A stretch of 64,000 nt of DNA from Klebsiella phage KP13-16, in the sequence record OP617741.1; one strand, given 5' to 3'. The notes below the pieces were generated by a model. It was not told where the DNA came from. It saw only the letters and a program-made list of their open reading frames with translations, and did not search any database. Shown in pieces: positions 35,556 through 44,248 of the stretch. Within the stretch, counting starts at the first letter, position 1; every line of letters begins with the position of its first letter. The translations under genes were made by a program, and so were the position numbers.

Positions 35556-35855
35556 ATGGAACCTTTACAACTTCTTTCCACTTTACGCGCTATTGCCAAC
35601 AACACTTTGATCGCTTGCCAGCGCCAGGAGTTTAAACCGGAATTCATCTATAAGAATCATAACCAGCAGTTAGCCACCATTGAACAGGCGATCAGCGGTT
35701 ACAATATGGGGGCAAAGGTTAACGCGAAATATAAAGCGGAGATCAAGAAAATAATGCTTGCACCAATGAAAGATAAGAATTATTATCTTATCTCAGAACA
35801 AGTAAAGCAAGGCGTAAATAAATTATCAAGCGCTATTGACTTTATGAAACGATAA
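35556..35855 (+). CDS. hypothetical protein
   Basis: RBS GAGGA. Confidence 0.5.
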   Translation: MEPLQLLSTLRAIANNTLIACQRQEFKPEFIYKNHNQQLATIEQAISGYNMGAKVNAKYKAEIKKIMLAPMKDKNYYLISEQVKQGVNKLSSAIDFMKR

Positions 35856-35900
35856 ACTACAAAGGCGGCAGCAATGCCACCAATGTTAGACAGGTGAAAA

Positions 35901-36194
35901 ATGTTACAATCTAACAAAAATTTAAAATTACGTCAATCCCTCGTAAACATGGCGATCAATGTCGAGCCGTACAAACGAAAGGAACCTAAGCAAGATATGC
36001 GAGGGAGAAAAATCACTTGGACAGATCAACAGGTATTAGAGATCCGCGCCCTACATAAATTTACAGCAATGAAACCAGCGGAGATCGCAGAAAAATATAA
36101 TACAACAAAAGGCGCGATCACCTATTTACTAACATATAATACTCGTGTACTCTTAGAGCCAGAAAGAAAACATTTACCAATTGAGGCGAAATAA
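35901..36194 (+). CDS. putative HTH DNA-binding protein
   Basis: MKPAEIAEKYNTTKGAITYLL helix-turn-helix-like. Confidence 0.45.
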   Translation: MLQSNKNLKLRQSLVNMAINVEPYKRKEPKQDMRGRKITWTDQQVLEIRALHKFTAMKPAEIAEKYNTTKGAITYLLTYNTRVLLEPERKHLPIEAK

Positions 36195-36195
36195 A

Positions 36196-36501
36196 ATGGC
36201 TAAAGTATTGAATAGTAAACAATTGTCTGATACAATCTCAATTACTGAATGCACAGATGGATTCTGGCTATATGACGAAACGCGCGGGATGAATCTGTCA
36301 ATGCGGGCAAAGAGCAGCGAGGCGGCATTATTTGAGGCGCTGGAATATTACCAGGAGCGTTTCCAGGAAGTGCAAAACAATTACAACAGCCTTAAAGCGA
36401 AAGTAGATCATTTTGTCGGGCAGGTGGTAGATCATGATTGCGGTGATTATTATTGCAATCGTTGCGGATCATCCAGTGAGATAGAATATCACGGCAATTA
36501 A
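36196..36501 (+). CDS. hypothetical protein with C-terminal Cys cluster
   Basis: Start MAKVLNSK after GAGG. Confidence 0.5.
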   Translation: MAKVLNSKQLSDTISITECTDGFWLYDETRGMNLSMRAKSSEAALFEALEYYQERFQEVQNNYNSLKAKVDHFVGQVVDHDCGDYYCNRCGSSSEIEYHGN

Positions 36502-36577
36502 CAGCACTTTTTGCTAAAACAGAATATCTCTTTGTGTTATTATCTTTATAGAAAGAAAATTAACCGGAGAGAAGAAA

Positions 36578-36715
36578 ATGGGACTTGTAACAGCTTTTAT
36601 TATCTTTGTTGTTTTAAGCGCTGTATTTGGTGGCGGAAAAGGCAAGAAAGGCAAACGTAAGAGCCGCGCTGGATCTGGTCAGAATGGCTATGTTTACTCT
36701 CATAAAAATCATTAA
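36578..36715 (+). CDS. small membrane protein (45 aa)
   Basis: RBS GGAGAG. Confidence 0.4.
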   Translation: MGLVTAFIIFVVLSAVFGGGKGKKGKRKSRAGSGQNGYVYSHKNH

Positions 36716-36729
36716 TAGGAATAATTATC

Positions 36730-36972
36730 ATGAATGCTGTAGATATCTTTTTAGCGGCTTATGTTAAAGCAATGTTGTGGAGTAGTAGCGGCACAGACCA
36801 GGACGGCGAAGATCTGGAAAGTCTGGAAGGGTTCGAACTTTCCACCGAATCGCTGAAAAAAGCTAAAGAAGATTGCGAATCATTCTTATTTGCATCAAAA
36901 GCGCTTTTCGCTGATTTGCCTACCTGGTACGGGAAAGGCGACGGCGGGATCTATGCTTATCTCAGAGCATGA
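36730..36972 (+). CDS. hypothetical protein
   Basis: 80 aa. Confidence 0.5.
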   Translation: MNAVDIFLAAYVKAMLWSSSGTDQDGEDLESLEGFELSTESLKKAKEDCESFLFASKALFADLPTWYGKGDGGIYAYLRA

Positions 36973-37139
36973 TTAATGAGATTGATTCTCGTTATTCAAT
37001 GGCGCTTGAATATCAAGCACAAGCACAATACTTACAGCTTGATATTGAAGAGCAACAAGATCAAGACGCTTTTTGGGAACACCAGGACGCTCAAGCGGAT
37101 TTTGATGCAAAACTCAATATGTATTATAACGAATATTAA
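36969..37139 (+). CDS. small acidic protein (56 aa)
   Basis: ATGA-coupled; preferred over listed 36976-37242 frame. Confidence 0.4.
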   Translation: MINEIDSRYSMALEYQAQAQYLQLDIEEQQDQDAFWEHQDAQADFDAKLNMYYNEY

Positions 37140-37146
37140 TACAACA

Positions 37147-37215
37147 GGGGGCCGCTATGGTTCCCCGCTTTTTATCCAAATAAAAACCATTTCAAATAGG
37201 GCGCACAAAGCGCCC
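37147..37215 (+). terminator. tandem rho-independent terminators ending the GC-rich island operon (GGGCGC acaaa GCGCCC + T-run)
   Basis: Stem-loops followed by T tracts. Confidence 0.6.
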
Positions 37216-37687
37216 TTTCTTTTTGCCTGTTATTCTCAATAACCCTTAATAGCGTGAATCATAGATTCTGCCTATTGAAATCATTCACAGCAAAAAAGTG
37301 AATAAATCGCGTTATAAGGTTTTCTAAGCTAGATTGACTAACTACCAGGGGTAAGCGGTAAACCTCTTAGGATGGCTTACAGGAGCTTTAAGGGCCATAT
37401 GACTATACAAAACAGAGCTTATTTTACAATTTTTGATTGAAATTAATTAAATAATAACTATTATCATCTAAGTATGTATAATTATTCACTTTATTGCATA
37501 AGTAAGATCAATTCTCATTAACTCTAACCTTCCTAACCTTATTCAATTCTATGTAATAAACTTTATATTAATTAGAAAACTAATCATTTATTATTTATAA
37601 ATTGCGAAGCAATAAATAACGGTTCCCGATTGCAACATTTATTTAAATTATGTTATTATAAACAATTAAAACTAATAGGAAGTATTT

Positions 37688-38170
37688 ATGGCACTATTGA
37701 AAACAGATCACATTATTAAAACTTTTGAGAATTGGTATATTTGCAAATGTGAACTTTGTAATGATTTATTTGCTATAACTATTGATGGAAGAAGAAAAAG
37801 TTATTGCTCTTGTAGTCTAAGTATAAGTAAGTTAAATAATAAACAAAATATTGTTTATATATTAGAAAACGGACAATCTTTTTATAAAATAGGCTTATCC
37901 TCTAAATCAAGTTTAGATTATAGAATAAAGGTTATAAACGAGGGATTTATTAAGTTAAATTTAAAACCATTTTATTGTATTAAAACCTTAAATATTAAAT
38001 CAAGATCTATTGCATATTCTATAGAGAGAATGCTTTTATATTCATTTAAAGATTTAAAAGCCTTTCCTATTAAACCTTATATTTTTGAAGGTCAAAGAGA
38101 AATAATTAAAGATTTAAATATATTTGCTTTAAATAATAGAATAAAAACTTTAATTTCTCTTTTCAAATAA
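37688..38170 (+). CDS. GIY-YIG-like / T5orf172-family putative nuclease (extremely AT-rich)
   Basis: NIVYILENGQSFYKIGLSS resembles GIY..YIG core; about 25 percent GC. Confidence 0.45.
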   Translation: MALLKTDHIIKTFENWYICKCELCNDLFAITIDGRRKSYCSCSLSISKLNNKQNIVYILENGQSFYKIGLSSKSSLDYRIKVINEGFIKLNLKPFYCIKTLNIKSRSIAYSIERMLLYSFKDLKAFPIKPYIFEGQREIIKDLNIFALNNRIKTLISLFK

Positions 38171-38180
38171 AAATGTTCGC

Positions 38181-38410
38181 GACGAAGTTTTAACGAGGAG
38201 CGAACATATATAGAGTAAAGTAACACCCTCCCTTTGGTCGTGAGTTCCTCTCTATATTGTTCGCTTGAGAACATTATGAGAGAATATCTCACCTTATAAA
38301 TTATCGAACAATATAGAGAGTGATCCTAAAAGCTTTCAGTTGAAAGCTTTAAGTCTCCCTTTACTCTATATATGTTCGTTTTCTGAATGATTGCAAGTGC
38401 AATCAATTGC
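38181..38410. repeat. nested imperfect palindrome with TGTTCG motif in both orientations
   Basis: CGAACATATATAGAGTAAAG (38201-38220) pairs with 38359-38378; CTCTATATTGTTCG (38250-38263) pairs with 38305-38318; local hairpins AAAGCTTTCA/TGAAAGCTTT and GATTGCA/TGCAATC. Confidence 0.6.
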
Positions 38411-38854
38411 TACGCAATCAAATATGTTCGATAATGCTTTGTCAAGAATATAATGGATAATGTTATAAATAAATATCTTTACTTTTAATAAAATTTGCCT
38501 GTTTACAGGTGGGCATAGCCCATCCCGGAAGGGACAAAATTTATGTGTGCAAATCCATTAAAATACTAAACAAGATTTTGATTGACTTTGTCAATTTGAT
38601 GCGGGCATCAACTTAGCGAATAGCTAAGCATTGTTTTCTCTTTTCACTTGACAAGGCACCTTTTCAAAAATTTTTTCTTATGCGTAAACGCAAATGAGAT
38701 TTATTCTCACTTGACCATGAATGAGAATTATTCTAAATCTGATAATAATTCGTATTTGTTATTGATTGCGCGATGTCGCAGAGCCGACAGAAAGCGCGAG
38801 GATCCTACGTGTAACAGTTATCAAACAGGCGGTTGACCTGTTATAAAGCTTGAT

Positions 38855-38871
38855 TGATAATCATTCTCATT
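38855..38871. promoter_or_regulatory. Fur-box-like 17-mer TGATAATCATTCTCATT (identical to 31041-31057)
   Basis: 13/14 match to TGATAATCATTATC half of Fur consensus. Confidence 0.45.
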
Positions 38872-38913
38872 CAAGATTTGTTTTAGAGCAGAACTTGCAG
38901 AAAATGTCAAGAA

Positions 38914-39204
38914 TCTGGGAGGAAATATATTTTTTATTTTGCTTGATATTTTAAAATTATCAGGGTTCAAAATCTGGCACAACTTCGGCTATTAAGCACT
39001 GAGGACATAGAGCTTGAGCACTGTGGATGTAAATCCTAGAAGTAGATATATTCTGGGAGGGTTATGCCTTTTGTTAATTGAATCAATACTTTATAGATAT
39101 TAAGGTTGCGTAAAGCAACTCAGACGTGAACGTCCATTATATTTTCTGGGAGGATATTTTAAAGATGGTGCCCCTGTTTTTAATTCTGAAATTTGGGGGA
39201 GGGG
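38914..39204. repeat. four direct repeats of (T)TCTGGGAGG / TTGGGGGAGGGG
   Basis: Copies at 38914, 39052, 39145, 39195. Confidence 0.5.
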
Positions 39205-39233
39205 TGTAAAATTGAGTGGAAAACAGAGGTTAG

Positions 39234-39273
39234 TCAAATTGACTATTAATTAGTGGTTAAATTGACTATTAAT
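39234..39273. repeat. tandem direct repeat AAATTGACTATTAAT x2
   Basis: Seen directly. Confidence 0.5.
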
Positions 39274-39394
39274 GAATAATTATTCAGGGGTGTTTGATGG
39301 TAAGCAGGTTAGATGTTTATGCTATCGACACATTAGAGGAATATGTTTAAGAAATGTCATTTTATCGACATATTGATGAGAATAGTAACTAATC

Positions 39395-39775
39395 TTATTT
39401 GGTATATGACGGGCAGATCTGGTGGTTGTTTCGTGTAGCATCAGCAACATATAAAATCTCATTAAAAGATGAGAAGATGTTTTCATCTCGGAATGTAAAA
39501 TCTACACCTTTATACGTGGTATCTAAGGGATAGAATTTATGATGTGATACACCCTCAGAATAATGGATTATATCACCTTTAATAAGATAAGGTTGCAAGC
39601 GCTCTAAGAATTCTTCATGAAATTCTTCACTAAGATTGGTAACATAGGTATTGGGCAAAGGTAACTTTTTAATAACCATTGGCCTAGATACCTTCTCAAA
39701 TGGGATCGTGTACCAATTACGCTCGCCATTACGTTGACGTGGTTCTACTGCAAAAATTTTAAAATCAGACATTTT
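39395..39775 (-). CDS. hypothetical protein
   Basis: Start MSDFKIF after AGGAGAACAAA. Confidence 0.5.
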   Translation of the reverse strand, partial: KMSDFKIFAVEPRQRNGERNWYTIPFEKVSRPMVIKKLPLPNTYVTNLSEEFHEEFLERLQPYLIKGDIIHYSEGVSHHKFYPLDTTYKGVDFTFRDENIFSSFNEILYVADATRNNHQICPSYTK

Positions 39776-39995
39776 GTTCTCCTGTTTTATTTTCAAGGTA
39801 AGCATCAATCACTCCGTACACACTAGAGTAATCCATGTCAGGGTACACATTTAAAATATTGTTGTAACAGTCTGAGGTTGTTTTATTTTTAGACTTTTTA
39901 GTCCCAAAAACAGTAAAATAGCTCTTACATGTCATTCGTGCTTGTTTAACCTGTTTACGATCCCCGGTATCTTCAAAATTTAATTCTTTAATCAT
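39765..39995 (-). CDS. hypothetical protein
   Basis: 76 aa. Confidence 0.4.
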   Translation of the reverse strand: MIKELNFEDTGDRKQVKQARMTCKSYFTVFGTKKSKNKTTSDCYNNILNVYPDMDYSSVYGVIDAYLENKTGEQNV

Positions 39996-40000
39996 GGTTG

Positions 40001-40342
40001 TCATCTCCACTTTCTCATGGATTGCATACTGTTTTCCATCTCATCAATAAGAGTCTGTTCGTCAGGTGCAATACAATCCCAGATTGGTTGAAGCATTTCA
40101 AACCAACTGTCGATAGAGGTGTTTACCACAACAATTACATAGTTACCTTTAGGATCAACATAGTGAACCAATCCAGTTGTACCATGACAATACTTACCAT
40201 GATCATTTTTGCAATATGCAATCACTTTCCCTTGTTGAGCAAAAGACAGGACATCTTTCCAACCAGGATGCTGAAGACAAAGTGGTGAATAGTTTGGCAC
40301 CTTAAAACAACTCTTATCTTTTGTATGATATTCTAATTTCAT
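40001..40342 (-). CDS. hypothetical protein
   Basis: 113 aa. Confidence 0.5.
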   Translation of the reverse strand: MKLEYHTKDKSCFKVPNYSPLCLQHPGWKDVLSFAQQGKVIAYCKNDHGKYCHGTTGLVHYVDPKGNYVIVVVNTSIDSWFEMLQPIWDCIAPDEQTLIDEMENSMQSMRKWR

Positions 40343-40566
40343 TCTTTATCCTTATACCAAACAAGAACTACAAAAGGAACCCAAGAACTAGCCCAACCCA
40401 TAATTGCAGCTAATACCAGTGCAGCAGACCAATTCCATACCAGATCAAATCCCAGAATGTATTTAAGTCCAAGATAAGTCACTCCCCAAGAGATAAATGA
40501 GGAAACCATCATCAAAATTAGACTATTAATAGCAAAAACAACACCTTTCATCTTATAACTCCTCAT
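40339..40566 (-). CDS. small two-TM membrane protein
   Basis: Hydrophobic segments. Confidence 0.5.
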   Translation of the reverse strand: MRSYKMKGVVFAINSLILMMVSSFISWGVTYLGLKYILGFDLVWNWSAALVLAAIMGWASSWVPFVVLVWYKDKE

Positions 40567-40578
40567 TATGTTTTAAAC

Positions 40579-41001
40579 TCATTTATCAAGCCTCTCCAAA
40601 AGAATCTTAATTTCTTCAAGATCTACATCTTGCCAACTTTGTTGTATGAAGTCAAGTGTTCCACGAGAATTTTTACGTGTAGTGGTACATTTTCCACCTG
40701 ATGCTAATCTATCTGAAATATTCTTAATGAGTTCATCTTTTGAACTCTTAGTCAAACAGCTATCGAAGCTCCCATGAAGGACGCCTTTAATTAATCCCAT
40801 ATTGTCACCAAACATTATGATGTTATGGTAAACTATAGAACCTCTAAGACCTTCTTCAGTATTGAAGATTGAGTCTTTGTCAAACTTAACTAAAGGAGTT
40901 CCATCAATAGCTCTTTTATAGACTTGAGTAGATCTGCACTCCTCAATGTCAAATAGCCATTTAAACAGATTGTTTACAACACTTTTACCTAAGCTTCTCA
41001 T
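40579..41001 (-). CDS. hypothetical protein
   Basis: 140 aa. Confidence 0.5.
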   Translation of the reverse strand: MRSLGKSVVNNLFKWLFDIEECRSTQVYKRAIDGTPLVKFDKDSIFNTEEGLRGSIVYHNIIMFGDNMGLIKGVLHGSFDSCLTKSSKDELIKNISDRLASGGKCTTTRKNSRGTLDFIQQSWQDVDLEEIKILLERLDK

Positions 41002-41200
41002 GTAGATTTTCTCTTACTTTACGTATAATGTGATTGGGTATAAACAATAAAACAAGAATAAAAGGCCATATAATTATGCAAATTGTACTATAGAGAGCTT
41101 TTAATAATAAAGACCCTCCATCCTTGATCATCATAACAGAAATAAATTCAATAACACCTAAAACTAAACCTGTAAAAAGATAGATCTGTAATATCTGCAC
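40985..41200 (-). CDS. membrane protein
   Basis: 71 aa hydrophobic. Confidence 0.45.
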   Translation of the reverse strand: MQILQIYLFTGLVLGVIEFISVMMIKDGGSLLLKALYSTICIIIWPFILVLLFIPNHIIRKVRENLHEKLR

Positions 41201-42351
41201 TATTCTTTACCTTCTGCAATACGAAGGAGTTTAACAACACCTTCAATTTCTCGTCTTGGTTTAGAGTATAGACGACGCTTATGCTTTGTCAAGAATGATT
41301 CCAGAAAATCTAGTGGTTTAAATGACAAAATCTGTTCTACTTGGTGATCAACATCATAGGAATTCTGAACCATACGATAAACAGCTTGTTTTACAGTCAC
41401 TGGAGTCCAACCTTTCGCAATGGCAGTCTCGGTCACAACACGCCTCTTACCTTCAGACCAACCTTCATTAATTGGGTAAGCATTTTCACCGTATTTCTTT
41501 TCAAACAACTCTACGGCTTTGTCTGCTAACTGGTCTTCTTCGTCTTCTGTGCGGGAATAGCTATAAAATGAACTGTTTTTCTTCCTACGACCACTAAACA
41601 GAGCAAGATCATCATAGTTTTCTAGGGCAAGTTGTGCCAGCAGTTCAATGTCATCACTTTCTGACAGAAGGTTGTTAGCATTGTACTTGAGTTCATATTC
41701 ATTAACAGAATCACGATCCCGGTCTAACACAAAAGTCTCTGGTTTGAAGTCATAATCGAACTTATATTTACCATTTCTTAACGTGGTTACATACAAACCA
41801 TTTACAAACAGTGTACACTCTTGGTTGTTTGAGTCTTTTGCATAAGCTTTCCCACGAGAATTCTCAATAATGATATCTCGTGATGTTGTAGGGGCATAGT
41901 TATCTTTAATTTCATCCATAGCCCAAGAAGGGATGTTGTAGATATTGACCTCAACGTAGTCTTCTCCACCTTCAAGGCACCCTTCGTCAATCTCAATAGC
42001 TAAAACCTTTGATTCAAACATATCATCGTAAACAAATTTTGGTTTCCATCGGTCTACTCCGTTCAGCACCTCAATTTCTGCACCTTCACGAAGTAAAACA
42101 AGAAAGCCCAACTTCATACCTTCACCAAACTTTCCAATTGTAGTTGGATCCTCTTTTTTAGAGGATTTTCCCATCAAAAGTGCGTTAACAGGGATCTTAC
42201 CACCATGAGAGATAATATGCAAACTATCGTGTTTAAAGTTAACATCAAACTTACCTGTGTCGATAGCATTTTGCAGTAATTCACGAGCACCCTGCCACCA
42301 GGACCAGTGTGAGACATAATCTTCTGTAAGACTAAGTTTAACTAATTTCAT
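41200..42351 (-). CDS. GHKL (Bergerat-fold) ATPase-domain protein
   Basis: N-box ELLQNAIDTG, G2-box GKFGEGMKLGF. Confidence 0.5.
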   Translation of the reverse strand: MKLVKLSLTEDYVSHWSWWQGARELLQNAIDTGKFDVNFKHDSLHIISHGGKIPVNALLMGKSSKKEDPTTIGKFGEGMKLGFLVLLREGAEIEVLNGVDRWKPKFVYDDMFESKVLAIEIDEGCLEGGEDYVEVNIYNIPSWAMDEIKDNYAPTTSRDIIIENSRGKAYAKDSNNQECTLFVNGLYVTTLRNGKYKFDYDFKPETFVLDRDRDSVNEYELKYNANNLLSESDDIELLAQLALENYDDLALFSGRRKKNSSFYSYSRTEDEEDQLADKAVELFEKKYGENAYPINEGWSEGKRRVVTETAIAKGWTPVTVKQAVYRMVQNSYDVDHQVEQILSFKPLDFLESFLTKHKRRLYSKPRREIEGVVKLLRIAEGKE

Positions 42352-42364
42352 ATCTTTCCTTATC

Positions 42365-42985
42365 TTATCCTAACATTGGGAGGAATAACCTGTTGTTACT
42401 CAGAATTAACTCTTTTTGAATAAGTCCATAAATGACAAAGGCATGACCACACTTCTTATCTTCTGCATGGATCACATCGAAGTAAGTCATACCCAGTTCC
42501 TGATAGTAGTACCCATCAAAATCAAGTAATGCGATCTTATCACCACTGGCTACACGAGTCCATAAATCTTTAAATGTTTCTGTCTTGACGACTGCACGTG
42601 CGTACATAGGGAAGTAGAGATTCCTTCGTGCTGAGATGTAGTCTAATTTTTTGCCATCCCAAATACTATACAAAGGTTTTCTGCCTTTTCCCATAGGATA
42701 TCTTTCCGCTCTCCAGTTAGCCCAACCTGTTTTAGCCCACTTATAATACTCTTCAGTAGGGTTTCCATTTTCATCTACGTGTTCTTCATAGACTTTACTG
42801 AATTGCCAAGCGTTTTCCATGTTCTTTGCTACAATACCATTATACATGGGAATGTCACGAAGATAGAAAGGGCTAAGTTGCTGTCCATAACCTTCTTTAT
42901 CACGGCTTGTAGTGTTGACTACTTTAAATCCCTCTGGAACTTTATCACGCATACCAACTACAATGAGATTATCAAACTTCATCAT
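42365..42985 (-). CDS. hypothetical protein, weak NADAR(YbiA)-like features
   Basis: SPFY ... NMENAWQFSK loosely like NADAR SNF...EHYFQA.K. Confidence 0.45.
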   Translation of the reverse strand: MMKFDNLIVVGMRDKVPEGFKVVNTTSRDKEGYGQQLSPFYLRDIPMYNGIVAKNMENAWQFSKVYEEHVDENGNPTEEYYKWAKTGWANWRAERYPMGKGRKPLYSIWDGKKLDYISARRNLYFPMYARAVVKTETFKDLWTRVASGDKIALLDFDGYYYQELGMTYFDVIHAEDKKCGHAFVIYGLIQKELILSNNRLFLPMLG

Positions 42986-43217
42986 TATCTCCGTAGTTAT
43001 TATGATAGTATTGGATAGCCTCCTCTAGGTCCATTCCACACATACCTGTTTCATTGATACTCACAGTATATTTATTCTGATATCGCTCGACAACATTACC
43101 TTCCTCGTCATGTCGTGTCCACCAACCTCCTCCTGGGATAACAGTAACCACATTATTCAGTATGAAATCAAACATCTGTTCTTTAGTTAGTTTCATCAGT
43201 TTTCTCCGTAATCTCAT
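42972..43217 (-). CDS. hypothetical protein
   Basis: 81 aa. Confidence 0.45.
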   Translation of the reverse strand: MRLRRKLMKLTKEQMFDFILNNVVTVIPGGGWWTRHDEEGNVVERYQNKYTVSINETGMCGMDLEEAIQYYHNNYGDNDEV

Positions 43218-43419
43218 CCAAGAAGCCTAGAAGTGCCTTACCTGTTTCATCACAATTCTTCATTGATCGTTCAAGATTCATCGTTATGAGTTCTCTGACA
43301 CTCGGATCCTCACTATTGTCAAACTTCCACATGTGACTAAACACTTCATATTGTGCCTCGCTGACTAAGACGTTCTCAATTAATCTCATTAAAGTATTAC
43401 GCTGCCGTTTTGTGATCAT
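43183..43419 (-). CDS. hypothetical protein
   Basis: Start MITKRQR after GGTGG. Confidence 0.45.
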   Translation of the reverse strand: MITKRQRNTLMRLIENVLVSEAQYEVFSHMWKFDNSEDPSVRELITMNLERSMKNCDETGKALLGFLDEITEKTDETN

Positions 43420-43420
43420 A

Positions 43421-43891
43421 TTACCACCATAAACACTGATAATACTTACCAAATAAAACTAAACCTTCTTCAACTTTAGTTCTATATAGGGCTTCATCAA
43501 CCTTGTAACGAGAGTATTCATTCTCGTTTGTTGCTTTTATGTTGACTGAAACATTACCATCTTCTCTCTGTTGGGTTACATGATTGAATTTAAACGCATA
43601 ATCTTTTAGATTAGGTTCATTCTTAGTATTAAAAGCATAGATCATTTTATCAATAATTTCAATCCAAAGTTTCGAACCTTCCTCTAGTTGTTCATCTGAA
43701 TAATTTCCTTGATGTTCTGGATAGAGATCACCTAAAACAAGACTTGGTACACCTACCCAATCTTTACGAGAAGGGTGTGTGATAACTTCTTTAAATTTTT
43801 TCAGTGCAGAGAGTATAATTGGATTAAGGGTGCTATCTAAGCTCCAAGTGTCTTTTACACCAAACTGAATACCTTTACGATTCATATACAT
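43421..43891 (-). CDS. hypothetical protein
   Basis: 156 aa. Confidence 0.5.
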   Translation of the reverse strand: MYMNRKGIQFGVKDTWSLDSTLNPIILSALKKFKEVITHPSRKDWVGVPSLVLGDLYPEHQGNYSDEQLEEGSKLWIEIIDKMIYAFNTKNEPNLKDYAFKFNHVTQQREDGNVSVNIKATNENEYSRYKVDEALYRTKVEEGLVLFGKYYQCLWW

Positions 43892-43991
43892 TATTCTTTC
43901 TCCTTCTCTTTTTCTTCATTTTGTTTCTGCATTCTTTCACGTAAGATTTTAGCTTGTTCTTCTGTTAAAGGTCCATAACTCATAAATTACC

Positions 43992-44240
43992 TCACAGGAT
44001 TAAATATAGAATAAAGACTATAGCAAGAAAAATCCAAATAGTCTTACCAGAAACTTTAGATCGTTTAGTTTCATAACTAAGACCAGTTCCATGTGCACCG
44101 ATTGTATTCTTTACTCCATCTTTGTTGATATTTGAAGTAAACCATCCTGCCCGAACACTGGTTGAATTAATACCTTTCTTCCCAAGATTGATGTAAACTC
44201 CAGGTAGTATTTTAATACGTTGTCTAAATCTGAATCCCAT
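43992..44240 (-). CDS. hypothetical protein with C-terminal TM
   Basis: 82 aa. Confidence 0.45.
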   Translation of the reverse strand: MGFRFRQRIKILPGVYINLGKKGINSTSVRAGWFTSNINKDGVKNTIGAHGTGLSYETKRSKVSGKTIWIFLAIVFILYLIL

Positions 44241-44248
44241 AATTTTCC

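Noticed and set aside
35392-35610. 72-aa ORF overlapping the start of 35556-35855
   Set aside because: It lies over the CCCTGGGGC direct repeats and the repeated intergenic element; the overlapping ORF has a proper RBS.
36820-36850. GGTTCGAAC T-loop-like sequence that might indicate a tRNA
   Set aside because: It sits inside a coding frame (LEGFELSTE), with no acceptor or D-arm and a T-stem that does not pair. I found no tRNA-like cloverleaf anywhere in the window, including the AT-rich gaps at 37.2-37.7 and 38.4-39.4 kb.
36976-37242. 88-aa ORF in an alternative frame after 36730-36972
   Set aside because: Its sequence reads like frame noise and runs through both terminators; the ATGA-coupled 36969-37139 frame is more protein-like.
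38914-39204. TCTGGGAGG repeats as a possible CRISPR-like array
   Set aside because: The repeats are only 9-10 bp with irregular spacers of 50-138 bp and no palindromic repeat structure; they are recorded as direct repeats or possible iterons instead.
40339-40566. Two-TM small protein as the holin partner of the endolysin
   Set aside because: The endolysin lies 11 kb away (51106-51600) with no adjacent holin-like gene; the topology alone does not justify a holin call.
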